Source of the DNA: Anthoceros angustus
Lineage: Eukaryota > Plantae > Anthocerotophyta
Direction: 5' to 3'
Length of the DNA stretch: 64,000 nucleotides
NCBI GenBank assembly: GCA_010909165.1
Contig: MU008203.1
Span: forward strand, 372,001-436,000
In this document: piece by piece, positions 52,190 to 62,300 of the stretch
Position numbering within the stretch: position 1 is the stretch's first letter
Layout of the letters: each line of letters begins with the position of its first letter
Made by a program: the position numbers and the translations under genes
The notes under the pieces: model-generated
Told to the model about the DNA's origin: nothing
The model's input: only the letters and a program-made list of their open reading frames with translations
Database searches by the model: none

Positions 52190-54524
52190 AACACGATAAT
52201 TTTTGAAGGGGGATATCGACTTCGCCGAGACAAGACCCCTTGTCACGAAGAACGCCTTTCCTAGAACAGCATATATGCCCTACTTTGATAATGCGCAAAC
52301 CCTTTCTGAGGTCATACCTTTGATAAAAATGCACTTTCAAGTCTACACCCGAGAACTGGAGCATAATAGGGTGTGGGCCCGTTTGCGTTTTAGTAGAATG
52401 CATAGAGGGCTGCCATTTTCATATGTTTATTACAACCGAAAACTTTTACTTTCAAGTGGTGGAACACAATGAAAACAATCCGGTACTAGCGGGAGTCTCA
52501 TTTCAGTGGTCGTGAGAATATTGCAACAAACAACTGCTAAAGGAGGAAGTGGTCATCAAGATCGACAATAGCCATTCAAGAGTGCGGCGGCGACTCATCC
52601 ATGCCTTGCGCAAACGAGTCAAGTACCACCGCCATATTCGAGGCGGTCCATATCCTCCGCCTCGTTGTCGCTCTCCATTGCTTGCTCGCCTTCAATAGTA
52701 TCATTCTTGGGCCAGTCGACGGTGTCGATCGCCACAGATCTAGGGTCCCGACCCTCATCCAAAAGGTCGCCAATCGTGGTCTTCAACCTTCCGCACTCAA
52801 TGCAACCACTTGGGCTTTAAGGCAATGCCAACGTCCTTAAAATGAACAAAGTTAGTTGCCCATGCGCCCATGCAAGCATCCTTAAAATCAACAAAATTGA
52901 ACTGGAGGAGGAGGCACGAGGTTTGAACACAAACCTATTCACTACACTTATTTCCCAAACACTAGACCAACATTCCATGGTTGAGTTACTCTTGAGGCGC
53001 TAAATATTTTTGAAGACAGCCTAGAGGAGGGCGGCCGGCGCCCATGGGGGCATGGGGGGGGGCGCCGGCCGGCGCCCAAGGGCGGCGTGGCGGGGCCGCC
53101 GGCCGCCAGCGGGCTAGGGAGGCGCCCGGCCGCCCATGGGCGGGGTGTGCTAGGGGAGGCGGCCGGGCCGGCCCATGGTGGTGTTAGGGGAGGCGCCGGC
53201 GCCGGCAGGGCGGTGGCGGTGCGGTTGGGGCGGGCGGCCGGCGCCCATGGCAGGGTGTGTTAGGGGCCCGCCCATGGTGGTGTGCTAGGGAGGCCCGCCC
53301 ATGAGCAGCATCGGGGAGGGCCCGGCCGCGCCTCCTTAGCACCATCCTACGGTGCATGGGAAGCTAGGGGGACAAGAAGGAACGGGTATCCTATCACCGA
53401 TGGAAGGTGTGGCCCATTTGCAGAAGGGTTAAAAGATTTGCATCCATAGGTGACCGTGAAGAGTATAAGTGGTGGGAAGCCCGTGGACCGGAAGGAGATT
53501 GCTATTGTGGAGAATAACATTGGGCTAGTGCTACTTCCTTGGAAGTGGTTTTCACGCGGAAGTGGATCATACATGACCACTTCAAGTGCTTGGATGAAGC
53601 TTTGCTAGATGAGGCATTATTGAGGGACCTCCCACGGATGATATGTATTTGGGGCATATCAAAATGCGGGAAGGCAACAGGGAAATGGCACGGATGAATG
53701 GGGACATAACGGAACCGAGAGGATGTTTCGCAAAGGCTGCGGCAATACGGACATGCATAACAGGCCATTCGGATTGGGAGGTCATTGACGTGAAGCGCAC
53801 CACGACCTCACTTTCTTATCCACTAGTATCGGACCGAGCACATAGATGCGTATGAAGGAGATATGTGCAGAACATAGTCCGCCAGAGTGGTAACCCATCC
53901 GTCCAATGCCGAGGAAAAAGGGAATAAGATCCATTACCTAAAAACATACAGGAGGTATTTGTGAATGAAAGCCATCCTAGACATGGGTTTGTGTTGAACG
54001 ACGGAAACATCCGTATGCGGTGGACAAAAAGCGATAAGGGATAAGCTCGAAGTTGCGTGGCTTCATACAACTGCGAGTGAAAGTGTCGAAGATAGTGATG
54101 ACAATGGAGGAGAAGTCGACCAAGTGATGACGATGGATTGAACTCGGGATGAGTGAACAAATCTGCTTTTTCCCGGGTCCCGAGTTAATGTTGTAAGTCC
54201 GTCGATGTTTCGTGTTAGGAAATACCGTGGCTTTTGTGGTGTCATAACAAAACCACATTTCCATCCCAAAACCGAAGTTTACAATGTTTTGCGGCAGAAC
54301 GGCCTTCCTCACCGCTCCTACTTTGCATTATTTCCCTAGGTTCGAGTTTCATACCACCATTGGCCACAAACATTGCCGGATGGAAAGTAGTAATTTTTCT
54401 GGTGACACCTTTTTTCGAGTGCTTTCGAATGCCTTCAAACGCTGCTTTAGGGCCCATCAAAACCCCTTCGTAGATTATTTGGAAAACCCCTTCGAGATTA
54501 TTAACCCTTCAAAATTATCGTGTT
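52190..54524. mobile_element. 2.3 kb non-autonomous TIR element nested in the ParB-MTase gene
   Basis: Left TIR AACACGATAATTTTTGAAGGG (52190) and right TIR CCCTTCAAAATTATCGTGTT (54505-54524). Flanking direct repeat TCCT at 52186-52189 and 54525-54528. Subterminal AAAACCCCTTCG occurs twice (54459, 54483). Confidence 0.82.
53025..53340. repeat. Very GC-rich degenerate tandem repeat (GGCCGGCGCCCATGG..GTGTGCTAGGGG)
   Basis: CGCCCATGG, GGCCGG and TAGGG(G) motifs recur about every 35-45 bp. Confidence 0.85.
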
Positions 54525-54890
54525 TCCTACTGCCATGCATAAGATATGAGTCCTGTCCACCTTGTTTTGTTTGTATATCGCTGCTACGGGCCTCATCATC
54601 CTCAATAAGTCCCAGAACCTTGTACAAGTTGAATTTCCAAGTCATCGTCATTTGTACCCCTTCGCGTTTCGCAATCAACAGTTCATCCCTGAGGTACCTG
54701 ACTTGCTCTATAAAAGACATCTTCCTCCGCTTGTCCGACATAATGTTGTGATGGTAGGACTCTCATCTCCTGCAAAGTGAGGCCACAGTACACATGTGCC
54801 TCCACATATTGGAAGCTGCTTCCTGTGTGAGATGTTTGCTAAATGTTTCATGGTCGCATATGTGGTTCCCACCCAGACACCCATGACATA

Positions 54891-55566
54891 TGCTAGGGCC
54901 GTTGCGGACTGTTGCTATGACAACAACCGACTCGGGAGCCTGTTGCTATGGTAGCAACCAAGTCGGAGTTATTTTCCGATAAATTCGGGAAACCTATTTG
55001 GGCGAAATCACGAAATACCCGAATGGGAAGTAGGGGAACATGGAGGTACTTGATCCATTGCCTTGGCACCGGATCCTACCTATGGGTTGGACTCTTATGG
55101 AGGAGACTTTCACCGACCCATCCAGGATTCAAGAGCTCACCGAGGAGGAGTACTGGCTATCTGCGAGCACACGAGAGGGAGGAGTCCAGAGGAGGTGGAG
55201 ATTTTGTGGGAGAGTTTGCCCAACCAGCCAAGAGGAGGAGAGCAAGAGAGAGCATGGGGATAGGAGGCCTAGGAGGCCTAGAGAGATAATAGGGGTAAGT
55301 GACCACAAATAGCTGAGGCCCATGTGCTATAGATAGATCAAATCTTATCTTCTCTTAGTGGGAATTAAGAGATAGGCCTCTAGGACTGTAGGCTAAGACC
55401 GATTGGTATTTTGGCAAGCGGCCAAGCTACTTTTGTGGGGTGATCTTGGGTATAAGAGGCCCTCTTGATGAAATGTAAGCAATGTTGGTTTAAGGTCTTG
55501 GTGTTTGGGGTGAGCACGGGGTTTGGGGGTACCTGATCCGGTCGTAAGTCTAGACACTTTCTTTGT
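54891..55566 (+). mobile_element. LTR-like segment ending at an N (55567)
   Basis: Begins TGCTAGGGCC where ParB coding similarity ends and contains GTATAAGAGG (55450) like the family A and B LTRs. Confidence 0.4.
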
Positions 55567-55567
55567 N

Positions 55568-56441
55568 GAGGACCCACAGGAAGGCCAGGAGGATGGCGTT
55601 GTGGCCCGCCAACCAGCGTTCCGGGGAAAGGAGGGGTCCCGCCTCGCGGATCATCCGATTGGGTGCGCCGCGATTGTCAGGGCGGGAGATTGGACCACCA
55701 ATCCCAAGGCGGAACCCGGGACCTTCCCAGCCCCACCGCCGGCGAAGGAGATAGGAGGAAGGAAATAGGATGGTAGGCGGCCGATTAGGGCATACTGAGC
55801 TGGCCGTCAGCTCAGAATAGGGGGGTGTAATAAAGACGCCGACCTAGGCGTAGTATAAGAGGGCTGGGGCTGCCCTGAATAAATCATCTTTTCCTTGGTG
55901 TTGATGCCGCGTTCTTGCAGACCTTGTGTGTCTTCAGCGTGAGTCACGAGTCCGGCGAGCCGGACCGGAGGGATCGATCAGGGTCCTGGTGACGGACCTA
56001 ACGTGTTGTGGTGTGTGCAGGGAGTGGTGACTGGGGACCCGTGCTCGTCGAGCGCGGGCCGCGGACCGGGCGTGTGAGCCGGAGGGACTTGGGAGGCGTC
56101 TGGCGGGGCGGAGGCCCGGTGGAGCAGCGGAGGAGGTCGGGTGTAACCAGCGTCTTCCTTAAGGCCGATAAGTGTAGTGTGAGAGAGGAGTGGACGAGAG
56201 GTGTGAGGCGAGCGGGAGCGGAGCTGTGACAGGTCCTTAAGCGTTTGGCCATACCGGCTGTGCGGTGTGTTGCGAGTAGTTACGTGAACTAAGGGGTGTG
56301 CGTTAGGGCGAGGTGGGCGTAAAGTAAGGCGAAAACGCTGACGCGCAAGCGGAGTCTGTCATTCCCTTGGGAACGAACTCCTTCCTACAACGACACGGGA
56401 TTGTGCGCGCCCGGCTGGCCGTCAGCAAAAGTCGCGCCACA
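55568..56441 (+). mobile_element. Family A LTR
   Basis: Aligns with about 41500-42381 (CGCGGATCATCCGATTGGGTGCGCCG, GTGTAATAAAG, GCGTAGTATAAGAGGGC, CTACAACGACACGG) and ends CGCGCCACA. Confidence 0.78.
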
Positions 56442-56733
56442 TATCCCGACACTGAATGAAAGCACATATCCATCTTCAATCTCAATAGCCTCTCCAGCGG
56501 TCTTCCGAGAATCTCCACCTACGGCGCCTCAATTGAATTCAGCTCTAGCTGTAGCTTGCCATACCGGTTCGCGCCGAGAGAATGACGCACTCAGTATGGG
56601 AGCTTGGAGAAGTTTGCTAGGGGCAGGGTGGGAATATCTGATCTATGCAATATGACGAGCAACTTGGAAAAGCAGGATGGCACGAAGTCAAGTATCGGAC
56701 TAAGAGTTGGACCCACTATATAATATATATATA

Positions 56734-57600
56734 GAGACTTTATGAAAAGAACGATATGGGAAATCCATCTACCCCGAGGCGAAAGGGAACAACCCCACGG
56801 GCACCGGTGTGCCTCACACTAATCTACCCTATAACCCCCAACCGCCCCAAGATGTCGTCCAAGATAGGAAGGGCCTACTTACCATTGGTGCCGCCGATGC
56901 CCCATCTCCAGGACACGTGATCGACCTAAAGATGGCGCTGGCTAACACCACCCTTTGCAGGGCGATGGAAACCCATTGCCTGAAATATGCCACGACACTG
57001 GAAAGGGGAAGGCCAACCCCGTCCCTCTCGTTGTGGTAGGCCCTTGCGCACTCCTTGATGAACTGATAAAAAAACTGTACCCAAGGCCCCATGGGTTTCA
57101 ATGGCAAAGGTATGAATGTGACCTTGCTGCATGGGCCTGTACTTGTAAATTTTCTTAGTTGCGCTCCCTTCCACCGCCCAACCTGGAGGGTTGATGATGA
57201 CATGGTTGCTAACAAAATCTTTGGTCGGGTCAGTGACAACCACGTCCGCAACTGAAACCTCGTCCCCCGCGTCAAGTAAAAGTCGGCTCTGATAGAGACG
57301 CCATTGAACAGAGTATACTGCTGCTCCTTAAAAGGGAAGAAACCGCTCTCCTTGGCCATCGAGAACATGACGTCTCGGATGGCGTCGTGTGTAGCAATTC
57401 GTTGTCCACCCATTGGACAATGCACTAAGTGGGTCCGGGGTTGTCGATGGAGGCCCTGCAGCAGCAGGCCGGAACAAAACACTCTAGTGGACCAGACCCA
57501 GGCGAAACCTCATCGCGGTAGAAAAAGAAGCTGGTGCGATTCAGAACGTTTGGATGCAAGGGCGGGCCAGAAGTCAAGAAGTTGCACCCTTCCCTGAACA
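56734..57600 (-). mobile_element. 5'-truncated non-LTR retrotransposon with restriction-like endonuclease (CRE-clade-like)
   Basis: FSTAMRFRLGL, THLVHCPMGGQRIATHDAIRD (CCHC and RHD motif), RADF..VADVVVTDP, ATKKIYKY, FAIETHGALG and RQWVSIALQR. A short 3' UTR follows, then (TA)n at 56717-56733. Confidence 0.85.
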
Positions 57601-60600
57601 AAGAGTGATATGTAAGATGAGAACTAGGAGGAGAAACAATCCATATGGAAAGAGTGTGCTTCTTAGATAAAGGATTTCAATTCTTTATTAGATTTTTAGA
57701 GAGAACTCATGTACTAGTGGAAGATGTTTAAGGCATAGTCCAGAATATAATTAGATTTTAATTAAGATTACATCTTTTTTTACCAGAAAATACTCACTTC
57801 ATGTTCTTATACTTCCCCCTTCCAATCCCGCAATCATATGTCCTCCCTTGTCCTCCCTTATCCTCTCTTCTTCTCCCTTTAGGACTGTCGCATTAGCCAG
57901 TCCATTCATTAGAACCCCGTGGTTAGGTAACGCTCTGGTCGAATCACAACTACGATGGGGTATCTCCCTCCTTCAATTACTCTGGCCCTTGGTGGCCTGT
58001 TTGTCAGGAGTGGCCCTTGGTGGCATGTGGCCTGTCTGGTCTAGAGTCCTTCGAGGCCGTATATATGATTTTTGCAATCTCGCCCGCAAAAAGAACTGTT
58101 ATTATAAGGTTGTGAAACTCTTGGAGGAAGGGTTGTAATATCCTTCGGGCTGCGGGATATTATGATCTCCGGAGTAGGGCCCTTCGAGGCCCTCCAAATT
58201 ATATAGAATGTAAATATTCAAAATACTGCAAACATATTTGCCTTCGCAAAGACTGTGCTAGTCCTCCTGAGTAATTCACCTAGTTGTTTGGGGTTCTGTA
58301 GGGTACACTGCTCAGGCACATACAAAAAAAACACCGTACGAAAACAGAAAGGGTTGAACCATCATCTTCCACCTGATGGACATGCTTTCATCCAGGAACA
58401 GTGGTACTGGACGTATCCAGGTCCAAACATCAACATAATCATATCTCGACAAGGGTGCACCTGCAAGTCATAGCATATTCGATTTCTTCTCTGCAACAGA
58501 TGTATCTCTTTGAAGGAAATTCACAAAGAAATCCTCATTCTGAAAGGTCTTTGACACGTCTAGACGAGCACAGAAGGGGGAAAGGGTCCGAGATATCTCA
58601 ATAGGCCCTCAGGAGCAACAAAGAGGAACGAGGGATATCTTGCTTGTGTTTGAAACCACAATGACGGTTTCGTAACTCTGTGCAATGTCCACCAGGGCCA
58701 AACCAACGAGTCTGTTACCAGCCGTAAGCACAACAATGACACCGCCAGGATTAAGAATTCCTGCCCCTCAGCAGCCTCCCCATACGAGCCACTGAATTCG
58801 CGAGAAAAGCTTGACCTGTGATCAGCAAGACCCAAACCAAAGACGTCCATCTGTAGCAACGAGCAAAAGTATAAGAGGCTCTTGTTGATCATGCACACAG
58901 TTGCTGATGTAACTACTGGTCCATGCTGTAGTCTCTTTCTCTAAGGACGTTCCTTAAAGATTGCTGCCGAAAGGTAATGGGCTCCTTTGGGTATTGCCAT
59001 GGCCACAGCTTAACAACGTTGCAAATCAGCAGGCACACTATCAGACTAAAGTTAAGGTAAGAGGATATGAGACCATAGGTTAAGGTGAGAGGTATATGAG
59101 ACCATAGGTTAAAGTGAGGGGGATCTTGCAGATGGATGGAGGATGGCATAGTGCATCTGTTATCTGCGGTTCTGTAACCTGAGGGCAGTGCATTTGCGGA
59201 GTAGCCACGTTATCACATCCTGCGGTACTTGAAAAACACAGTACCAGTAGAAAGACTGGCCAGCATGGTAGAACCTTTCGGAGCAGCTGTTTACAGTTAT
59301 CCCCAGTGGTGTGCTCGTGTTTTCGGGCCCTGTCCCTGCAAGCAACGAGCTGGACGCATGATGTAACTACGTGTGAGCTCAGAAACATCCTTCCAACGAT
59401 GAGGACCAAGCATGGCCATTGATGTTTGATGGCTTGAAGCAAAGAAGGGCTTAAATTGAATGCATCTCTCAGGTGGTATGAACGTCGGGATAGTCTCTTT
59501 CTCCTGTGTCACGATGCAGTTCGCAGTGGCACCAGATAAGAGACTTCGTGTGTGCTACTGTGAGCTCCTGTCAACAAACTGTTGCCCAACCACTCTGACA
59601 GGAGCAATCAAGCTGGAGTTGGGTCGAAGCCACACAACGGTGACAATTCTGTGTGACGTGGGGAACCAGATACCAGAGCACGCTTTAGAATGTGGAAGCC
59701 AAGGGCTGCCACATCCTGCTGGTTATAGATCCAGCCTATGAAGAGGTAACGTCTCCGCAGTGTTCGAGGAGGTGAAGGCTTAAATTTGCTTTTTCTGTAG
59801 ACATTCATCAATTGTATGGGACACCCTGTCGCAAGCGCTCGCTTCCCGTTCTCGGCGAAGAGGCGTGATTTGTCTCATCCCAGGGTGACCTCAGGCGGAG
59901 ACACAAGCAGGGGCACATTGGACAAATCCTTTAAATAAAGCCGGAAACTCACGAACAACATGTTAGCTGCAGTGAGGGTGACGCAAGGTGCATGATGTAT
60001 GCGTCTGCGCCATCAAAATGCTCCGCTTTTGGAGAAAACTTTCAGGTGGACAAGCCAAGCGGATGGTGATCTCACTTGCATCATTCAAAGAATCGTACAT
60101 AAGGAAAGACTACCTACATAGATACATACAGGAAGCTGCGATGTGGCCAAAATCCGGTAGAGTGTAAGGTATTTACATATGTGTACAATCCGCAGTTGGA
60201 AATCTGCCTCAACAGTCCCGCACTCGCCCTCGTTCTGGCAATTCTGCTATGCTTCAAGAGTTCCCTCATCCAACCTTGGTTGGCGACCTGTGGTCAGGTG
60301 CCCTTGTGGCCATTCCTGGTGAGCTTGTCGTCATTCCTGGTGGTGACTTTGTGGCCATTCCGAACACCGCCTGGTGAATCACCGCCTGGTTGATCATCAC
60401 TCCCTGAGATGACCATTTGCGCAGACACACACACACACACACACATGCACAAAGCTAGGTTAGCCAACGTTGAGGTGAAGAATTGTGCAAGATGCTTGCA
60501 ACAAGAGTCACCGGGAGGGGCAGCTTGCCATGGCATGGTTGTTCGGCGCATGATGCTGGTGCTGGTGCTCCGCGATTTGTCTCTGCATCTCCACATCGCG

Positions 60601-60637
60601 GGAATCCACGGTCCTGCAAAGGTTCGCAATTTCAATT

Positions 60638-62300
60638 TCACCTCGTGAGGAACAAGAAACACAAGAACGAAATCGAGGGGACTCGACTCGACTCCAGCCG
60701 AGTGGTTTGTACATACCATGGGCCTCGGACGGACGGGTCGTCGAACTTGCTCCGGACGCTTTCGTCGTACTTGCTGCGGACGCTGTCGTCGTAGCGGTCG
60801 CCGTCCTCCCAGAGCGCGTAGGCCTCCTCGCCGTGGGCGGCGTCGTCGCCGACCGCGAGCTGCTCGTCGCTCATGCAGCGGCACAACCATGCGGATGACC
60901 AGCAAGATGATGCTGGTGATCACCATATTCCAGCCCGCCACGAACAGGGCGCCCGCCAGCTGCTTCAGCACCTGCGGCGCGGTTCTGGTGAACCGCCTTC
61001 TTGCACCCGAAGATGAGGCACATGTCTTGCGTCGCGAACAGACCTGCAGCATGGATGACATTCAATTCAATTCCATGCAACTCGATTCAATACGAGTGGC
61101 GTTGCGCGCGGAAGAACTCACACACTGCAATGGAATGCGCACCTGTGAGGAGGCCGCCGACGACCCCGGCGACGGCGTGGGTATGGAAGACGCCGAGGGT
61201 GTCGTCGATCTGGGCCAGGAAGCGGATCTGCCGGTGCAGCTTCATCATGGTGAACCAGGGCACGGTGCCGGCGGCGATGCCGTACACCATGGCGACCCAG
61301 CCGTGCAGGCCGGCGCCGGGCGTGATGCACACCAGGCCCGCGAACATGCCCTGCACGGCCCCGATCACGCTGGGCTTGCGGAAGTAGAAGATGTCGAGCG
61401 CCGTCCAGCTGAGCAGCGCCGTGGCCGCGGACAGGTTGGTGTTGAGGATGGCCAGCGACGCGTCCTGCCCCGCCGCGTACGGCGCCCCGCCGTTGAATCC
61501 GTTCCATCCCAACCACAGTATTCCCGCCCCGCACAGCATGAGCAGCACGTTGTTGGGCGGGAACCGCTCCCTGTCCTGCGGCAGCCTCGGCCCTACCTGT
61601 TGTTGTTGCCACAGCAATGACACACCTGAGTTCTTGAGCGCGAGGATACTTCATGGAACGATTTTGCAAGAAGAGAAGAAGCATATGAACAAGAAGAAGA
61701 AGAAGGAGGAGGAAGGGGAGGTTGTGGGTGGTGGTGACAGACCCAGTATGCGGCAACGAGGCCCGCGACGCCGGAGGAGACGTGGATGACATAGCCGCCG
61801 GAGAAGTCGATGACGCCGAACTGGAAGAGGAAGCCGCCGCCCCACAGGCTGAAGGCGCCCACGGTGTAGGAGAAGAGGAGCCAGAGGGGCACGAACATCA
61901 TCCAGGCCCAGAAATTCATGCGCCCCAGGATGGAGCCGGCGATGAGGATGACGGTGAGCGCGGCGAAGGCGAACTGGTAGTAGATGAGTGTGGACATGGG
62001 GAAGAAGAGCAGCTGCGGCTGGTTGTGGTACGCCGCCCGCTGGGTGAGGAAGCTGGGCCCCAGAATGGTGTTCGGCCAGCCCCATATGGGCAGCATCTGC
62101 TCCCCGAACGACATCCGGAAGCCCACCAGCGCCCAGCACACCAGCACCGCCGCGAACGCGTACAGCGCCATGAAGGCCGAGTTCACCGCCCACTTCTTCT
62201 TCACGATGCTCCCGTACAGGATCACCAGACCCGGCACCGACTGCAGCCCCACCAGCGTCCCCGCCAGCATCTGCCACGCATTGTCCCCTTCACCAGCCAT
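60638..62300 (-). CDS. AMT2: AMT2-family ammonium transporter with two apparent frameshifts in exon 3; C-terminus uncertain
   Basis: [92 protein letters not shown] and [18 protein letters not shown] introns lie at about 61741-61598 and 61142-61043. Confidence 0.93.

Larger units (their letters stand above)
50750..54880 (-). pseudogene. ParB/Srx-like domain fused to a beta-class N4-cytosine/N6-adenine DNA methyltransferase, disrupted
   Basis: Manual joining across frameshifts. ParB-like part: CLGGNH..ATMKHL..VEAHVYCGLTLQEMRVL.YHHN....MSFIEQVRYLR (54880-54690). Helical linker: VWENIDKIF...KKFHVIQVAMAKHLGCSSFEEVRLEYP (52180-51800). Motif IV region: KCLDML..NYATVIMDVP.GFDIGSMDKGW (51345-51250). 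Motif X/I: RLGLMMKLIKTF.KEG.WVLDACS.GGSAILA.LLCGR..AIEAD (50885-50757). Motif IV precedes motif I, which is the beta permutation. Confidence 0.72.
50057..54890. mobile_element. TIR DNA transposon (one end visible) carrying a ParB-methyltransferase gene
   Basis: AACACGATAAATTTGCAAGGGGG at 50057-50079 sits exactly where family B homology ends and resembles the TIRs at 52190 and 54524. The other end is not found, and new LTR-like sequence begins at about 54891. Confidence 0.6.

Noticed and set aside
50057-54890. Bacterial or phage contamination as the source of the ParB-MTase
   Set aside because: It is nested among plant retroelement pieces with a sharp junction, is interrupted by a TIR element with a TSD, and has no operon-like neighbours. 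Read-level confirmation is still advisable.
54911-54958. X-box-like palindromes GTTGCTATGACAAC and GTTGCTATGGTAGCAAC
   Set aside because: RFX factors are not known from plants and the motifs lie in LTR-like sequence, so no function can be supported.
57600-60200. Possible gene or solo LTR between the CRE-like element and AMT2
   Set aside because: Only short ORFs without motifs, small hairpins near 58137-58193 and a 2 x 29 bp repeat near 59060. Boundaries cannot be supported.
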